Positions 1 through 13,620 of a DNA stretch of 64,000 nt are shown one piece after another. The DNA is from Oculina patagonica. Taxonomy: Eukaryota. The notes beneath the pieces were generated by a model. That model ran no database searches and had not been told where the DNA came from. It saw only the letters and a list, made by a program, of their open reading frames with translations. Each line of letters begins with the position of its first letter. Position 1 is the stretch's first letter. The translations under genes and the position numbers were made by a program. Location: the NCBI RefSeq assembly GCF_052425735.1, contig NC_135761.1:24118001-24182000 (forward strand). The letters are read 5' to 3'.

Positions 1-3000
1 ATACTAAGGCTAAAGATCAGATTGCTGATTGGACAGATTTCTAAAGTATTTTTTGGTCAAATCGCAAAAAATAAGTCACACGAAATATGGCGTCGATTTT
101 ACGAATCAATAGAAAATGAAGAAAATAATGTGAACGGCTTTCCTTGCAATCTTCAACCAAAATATCCGGCTCAAGGTTTAATTAAGTGCAAATTTTCTTC
201 GCCTTTCATGCGATCGTGCATTCCTCATCGAAAGATTTGTATTCATAAACATTAGCGACCTTCAGATTGGACTACGAGTACGAGATTGAGTACAAGTACG
301 TTTTTAAACCAAATTTTTTGTCTTTTTTTTTTTCCTTTTTTTTCTTTTTTTTTTTTTTTTTTTTAGGGGAAGTTTTTTTTTGGGGGTATATTTTTTGTAA
401 AAATTTTCTTTTTTTGGGATTATCACAAACACTCTGACACGAAACCGAGCATGTCTTAACATAATTCTTGTATGTCTACAGGAAAATGAGATCGAGAAGC
501 GCAGAATGGCGAAGAAGCTACAGATCAACAAAATCTACCAAGGATAGAAGGACAACTTTAAGCCTGGCGTTTTTTTTTTTGCGAGGTTAGTAGATTAGCT
601 TCTACAAATTAAGCCGTAAATTTTCTTTAACGAAGGTCGCATCTACTCTGTATAAAAGGAATTGTTTTGAAGTTTTGTCGCACCAGGAATTATTTATTAT
701 TTATTTTGGGCGGTATCAAAGTGGCAATAATTATCTATGATTTTTTTTTATTTGTTAAGAATTTCTCAGTTAAAAAGAACAAGAGCAAGATGCCACAACT
801 AAAATTGTGAGAAGACTGTCACAGTGACTACATTTTGTAAAGAAATTAGTAAACGCAAACAGTCGACCGATAAATTAAAACCTTGGAAGCTTACGCTACA
901 ATCAGTTTAAGTGCTTGTTAATTTTTCCAATATAATTACTTGCTGGTGGCGACCGCTTAAAATGTTTAATTTGGATTAATTTTGACTATTTAACTTGTTG
1001 TAGGGCAAACATATTCAATCTTGGTTTGTTTGCAATTTTGAGAAATTTCGATTCTTGTAGCGGAGTAAAGCGCCTATAAAACCAACGTTGATATGGTCTT
1101 TTGCAAAAGTCTTCTCTATGATTGTCTATTGATTTGTCGTTTTGGTTTACTTTTATACAGGTTCCTGGATGCCACGACGCTTCATTCGTTTCAGACAAGA
1201 ATCTAGCAAGAATAACATCATTCAAGAAGAAGACAAGCTCAGTTAACTTGAGGTAGAAAACGAACTTAATAAGCAAGAATTTCAACTTCAAGATCATTTG
1301 GAGACGAGAACGCAGCTAAGATTTATTTTCATTGAAGATCACTCGCTGAGAATTTTCAAGTTAAGGATTTTGATCTTTAGTGCTATTTATAGTTTGTTAG
1401 TAAGAAAACAGTCAACAATTTTTTGCGCAAGATTTTTTCGTGTAGACATCTGTTTAAATTGTTTTAATTTTCCCGCCAAAAAACTTAGAAAAAATACGGG
1501 CGCTCAAAATACGCATGCGCCAACTTTTTTAAAAAAAAAAAGTGTATTGTGCACTCTGCTAGTCTATTATATTGTCAATAAAAATATAGTTCAATTTGTT
1601 TGCCCTCTTCATTAATGTATTTTACATTGTATCATTAAAAAAGTCAATAAAGTGATCAGGTTTCCTTGTAATCTTTATTAACGTCAATAAAATATTTAAA
1701 AATAAGTACAAACAAGTGTTTTAATTGACTTTATTTACTTCAAACATCCTTTAATTATAGCGTAATTAGTTAAGTAAAATAAATTAATTAATAAAAAAGG
1801 TGTCAAGAAAAAAACCTTCCTTCTATATACTAAGACTTTTGGCGGGAAAATTTGAAAAAAATTGCACAGCGTTTCCCCTGGCAACATTCTCGGCAAAAAA
1901 ATTCAAAATGGCTTCCCTAAGAGATTTTCCGCCAAAAATATGCAAACACTATATCGTGCAAAAAAAAAAATTCAAAATGAAACGCAAAGTTCGTCCCAGA
2001 TTTTTAAAAACTGATACTCTATTTTAGTTAAGAGTCTTTTCCAAAATCAAAGTTTGAAATGAAACTATTTTTTCCCGAACGATTAAGTTTTTTAAGGCTT
2101 TTGCACGACATGGTGTATACATCTTAACTATAAAGATAGCAACATGACAAGCTATTCAGTACTATAAAAAATCGATTCCTGTTTTTGCTTTGCCTTGTTT
2201 AATAGCAATAACCTGAGAAAACAGACAACGTTTTACAGCGCCACTACCAGTTCCACCGAAATGAAATCGGTAGTGATGCCGCGAAACTTAATCTGTTTAA
2301 TCAGGTTCATTTCCAAAACTTTAAAGTGCTTATAACTTGCCATGTTGTCTCGGATAAAAGACCTTTACCAGCCGTCAATATTCGTTTATAACACAGGAAA
2401 AATTACACAACAAAAAAGGTATAAATTTCGAGGCATAAGCAAAAGCTAGGTTTGTAAAGCAAATTCAACTTTTGTTTTGGCCGCAGAATTAAACAAATTA
2501 ATTGTGTTTGGCTCCATATAACAAACAAGATTGAAACATTAACGAGAAAACAAAAATAAAAATCAATCCGATATTAAAAATACGTAACTTTAGCAAAGAC
2601 TACGTCAGTTAAAATATTTCATGGAGCAAATTCAAACGCTGTTTTAGCCGCAGATTATCACAGTTTAATTGCTCAACTCCATGTTCTTAATTTCTTTTGC
2701 TAAAATTCCGCCTTCAAGCCAAGTTCGGGTTTTATAGTGTTAGAAATGTATTCTACAATTGGAAACTTGGCTTAACGTATTTTTTTTTTTTCTTGTCCTG
2801 TGTTACATCGAGTGCCGGCAGAAAAAGCTCTTTATCCAATGTAGAAATATTAAACAAAACCCAGTGTCTGGTCCAAGGAATTAACAGAAGCGTTGTTCTA
2901 AGATCAATCCCCCTTTTACACGAATGTTTGCTTATCACTCGATAAATAAAAAATAGATAAATAGCGGTTATACAGACCACAATAAAGATTATGAGACCAA

Positions 3001-4059
3001 AATGAAATAGTTCCTTTCGATGTGTATAAATTTACGTCAACAAGAATAACATCTTCTCCAAACATTCAAACAAATTTTCTCGTTACCAACACCAAGCAAC
3101 TTGTGTACATCTTGTGTACTGCAACGGAAGTTAATAACTTTTAACAAGTCAGTATGTCAAGACAATTGAACAAAAATGTGTTTGTTAGACAAAGCTTGCG
3201 AAAATTGATCACGGGTTAGCTCGCAAAAAATAAATGGAGTCGTTTTTCGTTATCACGCACAAAATAAACAAGAAAAAGAAGTAATGAAAAAGTTCTTTGC
3301 ATTGACTTGTGTATGGCGCAGCAGAAATTGATAACAATTTCAGAAGAATGAGCAAGACAATTAAAGGAGATGAGGGTTTTTGGCAGATAAAATTATGAAT
3401 ACTTAAAATGAAAGACTGTTACAATGGAATTCAGGCAAAAATAATTTGAACAAATTACTCACACAACAAAATTTCTAAAGATTGTCAGTTCACAAAAATA
3501 AATTTGAACAAAGCTGTTCTTTATCGCTAAAAATAACGAGTTCGTTGTAATGGCTCAGTGTTCGAAAGGTAAAAACGATTTAACAACAGCGTGCGAGATA
3601 TAATTTTGGATGAGCAAGACAATTAGAGCAAAAAAAACTGTCGCCGGATTTAAACATGGGATTTTGTTATTAATAACATGAAAGTAAACAAGAAAAAATA
3701 AATAAATGTTCTAAAACAGTTTGATTTTGTGGTCTGTATAACAGTAAATCCCAACTTAATCGAGACTGCATCGTAACATGCTCCGAACCAGACATAAGGG
3801 TTTTGCATACTTAGCTTACAAAATGACAAGAGAACATAGGAACATGCGATTTCCGTACGCTTCGTTAAACAAAGTAAGCCAAAATTAAAAAACCAAAAAC
3901 CAAAAAAAGGAAATAACTTGTTGTGAAATGGTGCAAACGCAAAACGATTTTATGTTCAATGATTTGCTGGAAGGAATTTGTCCCGCTTTACATTTGAAAG
4001 TCCCGTGTTCTCTTGTCCACTACAACTGTTAAATTCGTTGATGAAGCAAACTTTTATTT

Positions 4060-4367
4060 TTAAGGTGGCACTTTCTGTATACTTTAAAATAAAAATAGAT
4101 TTCCAAATACATTTGGTATTAAAATCAGCAACTAAGCAATAATTGTATTCCGCGAAAGTCGTGTTTTTAGTTGATGACTGTTTGTGTTTCGCTTACAAAA
4201 TTAAATAGAAATTCCTGTACGACAGAACGAGTAAAATTATCATGCTGAAAAATGGAACGTTTTGGAAATTAACTGCAAACAATTGTGGAATTTAAACTAG
4301 TTTTTTCTTTGTTCGTGTTACTTCAAGAGTTGTCTATACTCTCGTTCGTTTTGCAGTGCCACCTTAA
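4060..4367. mobile_element. Non-autonomous DNA transposon (MITE), TTAA target, Kolobok/piggyBac-like
   Basis: Perfect inverted ends TTAAGGTGGCACT (4060-4072) and AGTGCCACCTTAA (4355-4367); no ORF inside. Confidence 0.75.
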
Positions 4368-4740
4368 CAAATCACCTCGCTGCGACATCAAATAAATTAA
4401 GTTGTGAATGGTGGCTGATGTTCAACAAACTCAACTCAGTTCAATTGATTCATATTAAATCACTAATAATATGATGAATATTGTATTAATTTCCATTATG
4501 AGTCTTTTTCATTACTTGATGCAAACAATTTTCCTTTTCTTTTGATACAGACGATAAGTATTACAGATCTTATACCACCGAGAGTGAAGCTCTCCTTAAA
4601 ACCTAGACGTTTGTTCAGCCACCATTTTCACTAAGATTATTTAACAATTTAAAGTTCTTATCTTTGCAGTATTTCCTTCCGATTGAGTGATCTCAGTTTG
4701 TCCTTTTGGCCAGGTCCTTCTTTCCTTTCAGTCTTTTCCT

Positions 4741-4989
4741 CTACTTTTCCTGAAAATGAATAATCAATCCAATGATTAGCAAACGCTTAAATTTAAAGCC
4801 TTTTCACAGCAACAAACACTCTGGAATGGGTTCTTAAGCGGGCCAAAGCAATATCCATTTTACAGTTGCCTTCCAAGTCGGGAGGGGAGGTGGAGGTGAC
4901 CGGATACAAACCTCCCTGCTTTATTATGTAAATGCAAACTAGTTAGCATAAGAACAACATGATTTACACAACAAAAGCAGTGAGGTATG

Positions 4990-5020
<31 letters not shown>

Positions 5021-5702
5021 CCATTCAAAGGCCAGGTCATGAGCAGATAACTGTAAAATGGTCTATTGCAAAAGTGGCTACGCCCGTACAGGCCAAAGAA
5101 ACGCACAGTAAAAAAAATAAGGCCATACTTGAAAGACATCCAAAATAAAGTTCCTTCGGTGAGCGAAAAGTAAAACTTGGCAAATTGTCTTGCCATAAAA
5201 AGCCCTCTGCGCTTAAGAAATGATCGCGTTGCAATTGATAATTTAACACACCTTATCGGCTTTCAACTCATAAACCAGATGTCTTTCTCGGCGAAGTATT
5301 TTTGCGAGGTTTATTAGGTTTTTTTTCTTTAAATTCGTAACTTTTCTTATATTGCGCTGCATCAGTTGATGCTCGAGCGTAAATTTCGTAAACTAAACAA
5401 AACATTCTGCTTTCTTAGTCGAATTTCAACTTGAAGCTACGCTCAAAACGAGCAGTAAGCGCACGTGTCGACTCGGTTCAGCAACATTATGTAGCTTTCG
5501 ACTTTCTGGGCAAAAATTTAAGTAATATGTTTCAAAAGCAATTACTCACCTGTCGTTTGATAAGCGTGAAGACTTCTTTCCTAGCTTTAAGCTCTTCTTC
5601 AAGTAACTTCTTCTTACAAAAGTACAAACTCGTCTTCATAAGCAAAGCGTCTTCGCACATCAACGGACAGCATGGTTTGATGCAGATTCTACAATTTGTC
5701 AT
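4741..5702 (-). CDS. Possible 53-aa orphan peptide (Cys-rich N-terminus, helical C-terminus), 2 exons
   Basis: Exon 5550-5702 reads MTNCRICIKPCCPLMCEDALLMKTSLYFCKKKLLEEELKARKEVFTLIKRQ and ends at a strong CAG|GTGAGT donor. Acceptor ttcattttcag at 4750 gives EK-stop. No recognisable homology. Confidence 0.3.
4850..5067. mobile_element. Short MITE-like repeat
   Basis: Imperfect inverted ends aatatccattttacagtt and aactgtaaaatggtctatt. Confidence 0.55.
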
Positions 5703-7960
5703 GAATATGGATTAGAAACTCAAGCCAATCGCTGACAAATACGTCAGAGATTTGGCGCGCACGGACATTGCTTGCACGCTACACGCTTTTGAAGTCAGCG
5801 AATCACGAAAAGGGGAAACGAAAGAAACAGAACATCGTGAATGTATTTTCTTTACCTGAGTAATTACGGTAGTTTACATTTTGAAAGATTCGCAGAAGAA
5901 ATAGGAAACTGAAATGAATGATGCAAAGGAATGCATTTCGACAATAAAATGTGTCTGACAGTGGAAAGAAAACATTTTGCGAGGATTTAAATTGAAAGTT
6001 GACTTCTTGTTCTGATAATCATCATTTGGAAATAGGTCTTATGCATGATAACGTCGACAGATGCTCAAAATTCACCACCAAGCCTCGTTTACGCAAATTA
6101 TTCTCAACCCTCTGCCACCTTCATGCAGTTTTCACGTGGGTATTCTTTTCATCTTTGCTGCTTTGGGAATTCGTTCATGATAAAATTTACGGCAAGTTTG
6201 CACTTCGAAAGCGAGGCTTGGTGGTGAAAATAGCCAGTGTGACGTAAACAGACATAAGGGCTATTGCACATACAAAAGCAAAGCCATTCCCAAGGAGCAG
6301 AAAATCGTGCGAAATTTGAAATTAACAACACTCGTCCAACAACACAAATATCAAAGGCGCGGCATATGCATCGACCAAAATCTTTCAAGCGAACGCAGCG
6401 CAAGTACTCCGAAATACATCATTCCACAGTGTTCAGTGTTTCTGCAATCACCTTCAACGTGTAAATACGCTTAACAACAAGAAGACGCACTTTAAAAGTG
6501 GCTTGGCACCTTCGACACCATCTAATTTACATTTTTGGTTTTGCACGTGAAGGAAATTCATAGAAACACGTGACCTGAAAGCCACAAAGCTTTACTTACA
6601 GTTCTCGAAATATCACAAGCTCCACCCTTCACTGCAATGTCATTCTCGTTCTTCATTCATCGGCACAGCTGAAATGGAGCCACCATCACACTGAAATAAC
6701 AAAGAGAAAAGAGAAAAATATGTCATATTCCTGAGTAGTCAATAAACACATTTATAATAGCACTACATTGAAACATGGTTGCCAGAGACATTAGTTTTCA
6801 AAATTGCCTGACTTTTCCCTAATAAAAATCAAATTTCCCCTTTCTTCTCATTGGCTAAGAGCCTACAGTTAATTCTGAGAATCAGCGCAACCTACAGATT
6901 AGTGAATAATCTGCTAGCAGATTATTCGTTTATCTGTAGGTTGGGCGCGCAATGCATGATTTCCGAGAGCAATGTGGGAGACATCTGACAGCGAAGGAAA
7001 TTCATAGTTTGTCGATTCGCTTCTTCAACCGAGTTGAAAATTGACCTAAATCTGCTAAATTGAAAAATTGTTGGACAATAAATTCTCGGAAAATACAAAA
7101 TTACCGACAAAGATTGCGAAGGAACTATTCCACGAATACTTTGAGAGAAAAGCATTCAGAAGCAAGACGACAAAAAGGAATTAGTAGAACGATTGGAATC
7201 GTTTTGTCCTATTTTTTTTTTTTTCAGAAAAACAATTTATAATAAAACAATTTTTAAATTCGGTTTTTGTGATATCCGCAATAATCAAGATCTCAGTAAG
7301 TGTTATCAGCCTAAACCTTTAGCTAAGGTAGGCATTTGCACGGAGATTCTATAGTGAATACCTTCACTATAGAAAAAAGAATAGATAAAAGAAATACTGA
7401 TTTTATTTTCGCTAAAACGCTACCTTGCGCGAGCAGGCGAGCGCGCGTGCTATCACAGTCGACGAACGCCGTAAAACCTACACTCAGATCACAGGTTGCT
7501 CTTATCTTCACAAAGACATGAAAACAGTGTTAACATTTAAAGGTAGTTCTTTTTTCCAGCTGATTAATCAGCAACAAGAAAGGTCCAATTTTGTTTTCAA
7601 CAATTTCCCTGACTTTTGTCCACAAACACCAATCGCCTTCACGCGCGCGAGCACGAGTGCGCGCGTGTCGTGTTACAAACATCACAATAGTCACTCAACG
7701 TACGTAGGCACATTCAGTTGAGAAACACTGTGCAAGGTGCGCGTTAATTTTTCTGCTGATATTTTGCTCTTAAATTTGCCAGTATGGGTGTTTTACGATT
7801 TTTCAGGCGTTTAAACTGTTTTGGTTCCAGTCAAAGAAAAGTCAAGTCCAGGTTAGAATCGTAAAAGACGCGTGTTAAGTTGTTGTTGTTTTTTTTTTAA
7901 GTTTTTTACTGCTGTTGTTTTTACTGATCAGATAGTTCTTGTTTCATCCTCAGAAGAAAA

Positions 7961-9768
7961 ATGGAAAATGAACTTTGCATTATGCAAGAAGCGATCAGAA
8001 TAATTGAAGAAGATATTCAAAATACAAGGTAAGAATTGTGATTAAACTTGTTTTACTCACAAACAACACACATTTCCTTTACAATATTCCCGTTCAGTTT
8101 TACAGTCTGTCCCATAGAAGTGGTGAATTGGCATATTTTTTCTGCGTGAACACCACTAAGAAACACAAAACCTTTGCCGCTGGGCTATCTTCGCTGAGAA
8201 AACTAAGAGAAAACATCGAACTATTTTCCCAAACTATCTTAACTAGTAGGATTTACAAAATTTACATTGACCTACTTTATTACAGGAAACTAAGGCTTGT
8301 TTTAATTAAGGTATTTGAAATTAACTCGACTTAAATTAACGCGAACTGAAGGAAACGTTACTTCCCAAAAAAGGACGTTAACGCGAAAAAAGGGGGTGAT
8401 ATTTCAAAATGAAGGAAATTAACTCGACGAACAAAAAAAAATTGTTGAGACAACAGGAACAAGTTTATTTCAACACAAGGCGTATAATCCTAAACGTAGG
8501 AATCTGACCGCCTCGAACGTTCTTCACAGTTTCAGTGATACCGGCAGATTTCTACCCTGATGAAATAATGCCTTTTCCTAGGAGTCAAGAACGTCTGGAC
8601 TGTATCTAGAAATTGAGGCCAAAATACTGGAAATTAAGGTCATGGAAATTAACGCTCCACTTAATTTACGGCGCAGAAATTAACGTTAACAAAAATTAAC
8701 GCGACTTAAATTAGCGCGAACTTTTGAAATTTGCGTTAATTTCCTATAATAAGGTATCTAAACTAGTAAAAATTACAAAACACAGTATGTCGGAAACGGT
8801 ATTCACAAGTTTTGCGCACGCATACAAGTCTTGCAAAAATGGTGTTGAAAAACACCTTCATAGAATGTCATGCTAAGCGGTTTTTATGTTTCTACACAGG
8901 AGCACTGTAGAGGAATACAAGCAGCGACAAAGAGCTGCAGAAGAAAAAGAAGAGATGACGAGAAACACCAGAAGTCATCTGATGGCTCAAGTACAACTCA
9001 CTGAGAGTAGACTGGGGCGAGCCTTAGAAAAGCGTCAAATGCTCATGTCTGAGATCATGTGAGTACTTAAAAGAAAGGCCGTGAAAACTGGAAGAACTTT
9101 TAAATAAAAGTTCGGATTTTAACATTAGAGAAATAAACCGTGTTTTGCCGTTACTCTTAAGGCATGCATTACAAATCTTAAAGAGATTTTTGGTCTTTAT
9201 AAGTCTGCAAAGAAGAACTTATTAATGGCACACAGAAAGGAAACGAGACAATGCTTTTAAATTTTAACTTGCAACTGTCAGGAAACTTTCGTAACTAATT
9301 ATTTTGGTATCATCGTAAGATGAACAGATAAATAGCTCCTAAGACACAAGCCTAGAGTCTAGATAAATTTTAAGTCCTGATTAAATATTTTTCAGTGCAA
9401 AGTACATAGACAACTTTTCTTAATAACAAGTCCTTTCTCTTCACAGTGAATGTGGCATTCGTAAAATGGCGCTAGAAGAAAAACTGCAAGCCATGGAAAG
9501 GAAGGCATATTTCTTTTGGAATGATATGCAGCGCGGCGATCCAAAGGAAAACGCCAAAAAAAGGCGGGAAAATCTGCGTCGAGTGCGCTCACAGAATGAC
9601 ATGAACAAGGCGGTGCCCCAGCCGCCCCTGTTTCCCATCCGGGACTTTGATGATAATGAGTTGAAAGTATGGGCAGACTGGGCCTCTCAAGAACTTAGCT
9701 GTGACAATGTCATCCCTGAGACAGAAAATTGGGAAGAAAGTGCTGCAATCACGGAAACTTTCCTTTGA
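7961..9768 (+). CDS. Uncharacterised 182-aa coiled-coil protein, 3 coding exons
   Basis: Exons 7961-8028, 8900-9058 and 9447-9768 join in frame through GT-AG sites (AG|GTAAG, AT|GTGAGT): MENELCIMQEAIRIIEEDIQNTRSTVEEYKQRQRAAEEKEEM...SEIIECGIRKMALEEKLQAMERK...TETFL. This absorbs ORF 9466-9768. AATAAA near 10033. Confidence 0.65.
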
Positions 9769-10395
9769 AAAGAAGCGTTTATGTCATGTCTGTTGTTTAG
9801 CGCAAAAAGTGAATTGGGTGTTGGTTTTGTAATGTATTTGATAGTGTACTGTACTTGGAGTTTCTTATACTAAAATCTCTATGACGCCAAAATATTTAAT
9901 GGATTGACTAATTACTTTCAATTAATGATGCACATGGACATCCCGTTATTTAGCATTTCTTCCATTTCTGAGCAAGGCCGTAACATTTTTTAATGGAAAA
10001 AAACGTTTTTTGACTTTTAAGAAATGTAATTCAATAAAAAAAATCATAGAATTCAATGTTTGAGTTTTGTTTTTCTTAATCAAAAGCTGAAAGACAGAGG
10101 AAACTGTTGTCACCTGCTAAAAGCAGCTCAATAGCTGAGTCTAAAGTTCTCAAAATTACACTGAAAAATAGTCAATACGTCCCCCTCCCCCATGGAAGGC
10201 TGTTTGGTTTGAGCACCACACCCGTTTCAGAAATTCCAGTTCAGTTTCAAACTTCCCTGGAAAAAAGTTTGGGTTTTGAGACCTAACACCTCCCACCCCC
10301 TCGGAACTTCTGCTGAACTATTATGGGGTGGATATGGATGTTTTTGGAAATGCACAATATAAAACTGAACCAGGGGGAAGAAAGTTGGCAGGGCC

Positions 10396-10492
10396 TAGCC
10401 TCCCACGCAGTCGTTCTTAGGGGCGATCGTGTTTCACTCCTCCCCACGAAGTGAAACACGATCGCGCCTAAGAACGACTGCGTGGGAGGCTA
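10396..10492. mobile_element. Palindromic mini-MITE (TAGCC...GGCTA family)
   Basis: Near-perfect hairpin tagcctcccacgcagtcgttcttagg...cctaagaacgactgcgtgggaggcta; related copies near 20875-20969 and at 36736-36940. Confidence 0.75.
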
Positions 10493-11284
10493 AGCAGGAG
10501 CAGGAAACAATGCAAGTCTCTATCAGTCAAGCCATTGCTAAGAAATATGTCACCCAAAGTTTTGCTTTCTCAGAAAAATTTAAATATCAATGACTGCATG
10601 CGTGTGAAATTTTGAATAGTGGCGGTTTTTGCATTTGATGTTTCACGCTGCTGAGATGTTTTTTGCATTTTTAGCCAGATTTCTTACCTGATGTTTCACA
10701 TCACTGAGAATGTTTTAGCACTGTGGAATAACAAGCGAAAAATTTGTCACAGTTGACATTTAACAACCAAAAATGGTAAATAATTTCAGAATCATTGGAG
10801 TTGTTATTTTAATTAGTATAATTGGCAAGCCTTACTTTTGCCAGATTGGTCACCGTTTAATATCACTGTTTGTTGTTTTGATGTCTGGCAACCTTCAAAA
10901 AAGCAAACAAAATGCAAATAGCTATTGTGTTTTGTGCATGGTCAAGACCAAACAAGTGAACTAAACAATGAACTTTGTCAAGTTATCCACTATGCCCTTA
11001 GCAAGCATTCGATAGCTGCTGCTCACACTCGTTTGCCCGGCCCTGCTAGACACTGCTATGCCGCATTTTTGAGACGTGTAATATGAAGGAAGTTTCTCCC
11101 CCCCCCCCCTTTTGGACTGAACTCAGCTTCAGATTTTGAACCAAAGTTGCTTTGCAACACATCATGCCATGATGGTGTGACAACTTATGGGGTACTCTCT
11201 AAGTGCTTATGAATGATAAAATAGATTGATGTCAGATGACGATTTGCCAGAAACAGCATTAAATGTATTTTCCCTGGACTAGGA

Positions 11285-11830
11285 ACTTCAGAGCCGGCTG
11301 AACAAAGCCAGAAACACCTTCAGGATGCTGAGCAATGTGTGGCGGTCATCACAGTACAGTACACATACCAACCTCAAGATCTATCAAAGCTGTGTCCTGT
11401 CTACCCTTGTATGGGTCAGAATGTTGGCGAATGTTAGAAAGTGATCTAGAGAAGCTGTCAACCTTTCATACCAAAAGTCTGCGAAAAAACTTCGCATCTC
11501 TGCCTCAAACAATTTCCAACAAGGACTACTTGCGGTGCAAACAGGAGGACATGGGTACTATTTTATGCAACGGCGCTGGAGGTGGATTGGCCATGTCATC
11601 CGAAAGGAAAGCGAATCCATCACAAAGACAGCACTATACTGGACACCCGAAGGAAAGCGCAAGCGTGGCAGGCCCAAGAATACATGGCGACGTACAGTAG
11701 AGACAGTTGAGGGGCTTAAACCAAAGTTGGAACACCATCCAACAGCTGGCCAAAGACAGACAGCAGTGGAGGACTTTGTTGCTGCCCTACGTGCCAGTGG
11801 GCACAATGGGCAGTGAGTGAGAGAGTGAGG
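11285..11830 (+). mobile_element. RTE-clade LINE, 5'-truncated, frameshifted 3' fragment
   Basis: Frameshifted ORF2 C-terminal motifs LYGSECW and [12 protein letters not shown]...[24 protein letters not shown], followed by a (GTGA)-like tail. Confidence 0.85.
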
Positions 11831-12589
11831 AACTTCATTTTACCAGTGCCGACTACATCAGTGAGCAGAAATTGAAGCTATTTCCCTGATAATTACTATT
11901 TTAATAATTGCTCCCAGACTGAAAGGTTTGTTTAAATGGCTTTTTCGTCAGGCTGGTTCCGCATGCACCCTTGGTTTCAGTTGCAGAATAAAATAAATTG
12001 ATTGTGTGATGAATTTAATGTTTGTGTCGTGATCATTGAAAACTCAAGAATTTGCCTGGATTTGCCTCAAGAGGGATTCCTACAAGCCAATTTGTGTGGG
12101 AGAAAATGCTTCACAGTACTTATGCAAAGCTGATGAATTTTTCTGCAGTTATCTCCATGCTTACAGCTATAATTCAAATTTTGCAGAGCAAAGAATTCTA
12201 TCACTGCAAAATCATCCCATTTAACAGATGTCTTCAGGACCAATAATTAATTTGAACGAGAAAAAGACCAAGAAAAAGCTTCACTTACAGTTGGTGATGA
12301 CCATACACTCCGTGACACATTACTTCCAACATCAGTGTGGCATTTGTGGCAGCTCTCCAATTCACCATAATGGCTTATCGTATTATTCGCACAACTGGAT
12401 AGCATGCCATGTAAACATCTCTAAAGGCAAGAGAAAATATAGGTTCATATTTCGAGCAGCAAATACATACCTTATTAACACTACTTACAGTACTTACAGT
12501 CTTGGGGTTGTGCTCAAAATGCCTGCGAACAGACGTTTTTTTGTTTATGTTAGTTAGCCAAGAGTGGCACGAGGTGTGAGATAATAATT

Positions 12590-13085
12590 ATAAAGCCCTG
12601 GCCAAACGGACACAACATTTCAACCAAACATAGCATGCATCATTGTTGAGCACAGCATGTTGCACATGTCTGCCCACCCTGTTGTAATATGTTGTTGAAT
12701 GACGCTTTTAAATAGCAAATAGAACTAGTGGACACGCTCTGGTGCAACAATGTTGCAGGAACATGGCCAAACAAGTACAACATCATGCAACATCCAAAAA
12801 TGTTGCGAGGGAAAATTTGACCATTATTTTTCAAACTTGATCCAACATCATCTAACATGTTGCAACAGGGCGGCCAAACGTGTCCAACATGTTGTGCACA
12901 ACAACGTTGCGATATGATGTTTTGAAATACTATCATCATCATCATCATCACTTTGTTTACCCTCGGATTTGAAGAGTAGCTTATACAGCTAATATCTACG
13001 AGCATTTCACAGTAAGCACAGTACAACAAGCAAAGACCAGACCACAACACCGGGAACTCCATGCCCTACTGCATCCATTTAGTGG
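12590..13085. repeat. Interspersed repeat rich in CAACATGTTG motifs, with a short inserted fragment
   Basis: Repeated caacatgttg/ggccaaac motifs; (ATC)n-bounded unrelated segment at about 12930-13070. Confidence 0.5.
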
Positions 13086-13468
13086 GGCTTTAGGCATTGC
13101 TGTTCCTGAAATCCAGTGTAATAGTGTAATAGCTCACTTAAAAAAGAGTGGTGGCTTGGGTTGAGAGTTTCAGCACAAGTGCTTATGGGATTTTTTTCGG
13201 GTGGGAGGGGGGCAAACGAGTATGACAGAAAGGAACCTGCGATCATGCCCGCCCTTCAGCTCCCTATGTCTCATTCAAAAGAAAGCACCTTATGCAATGG
13301 TGATTTCAGGGATTATCAAGTCAAACAGGGTGTTCACGTGTAGGATGTTCTCTTCTATGTTGCAGCACGATTCAAATATGATAATTATATTTGCTCTAGC
13401 AACTAAACTGCAAATTCAATTCAAATTTGTTCGAGCAAGTTGGCAAGTTTTGTTTGAGTTTTGACAAG

Positions 13469-13620
13469 NNNNNNNNNNNNNNNNNNNNNNNNNNNNNNNN
13501 NNNNNNNNNNNNNNNNNNNNNNNNNNNNNNNNNNNNNNNNNNNNNNNNNNNNNNNNNNNNNNNNNNNNNNNNNNNNNNNNNNNNNNNNNNNNNNNNNNNN
13601 NNNNNNNNNNNNNNNNNNNN
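13469..13620. other. Assembly gap
   Basis: Run of N. Confidence 1.

Noticed and set aside
304-531. Lys-rich ORF
   Set aside because: Derived from a poly-T/G low-complexity tract, possibly low-quality sequence.
8300-8756. Spaced AAATTAAC(G/T)CG repeats resembling a CRISPR or iteron array
   Set aside because: Irregular spacing, short degenerate units and eukaryotic intron context; consistent with transposon subterminal repeats.
10396-10492. miRNA-like hairpin
   Set aside because: Belongs to the dispersed TAGCC...GGCTA MITE family; no small-RNA evidence.
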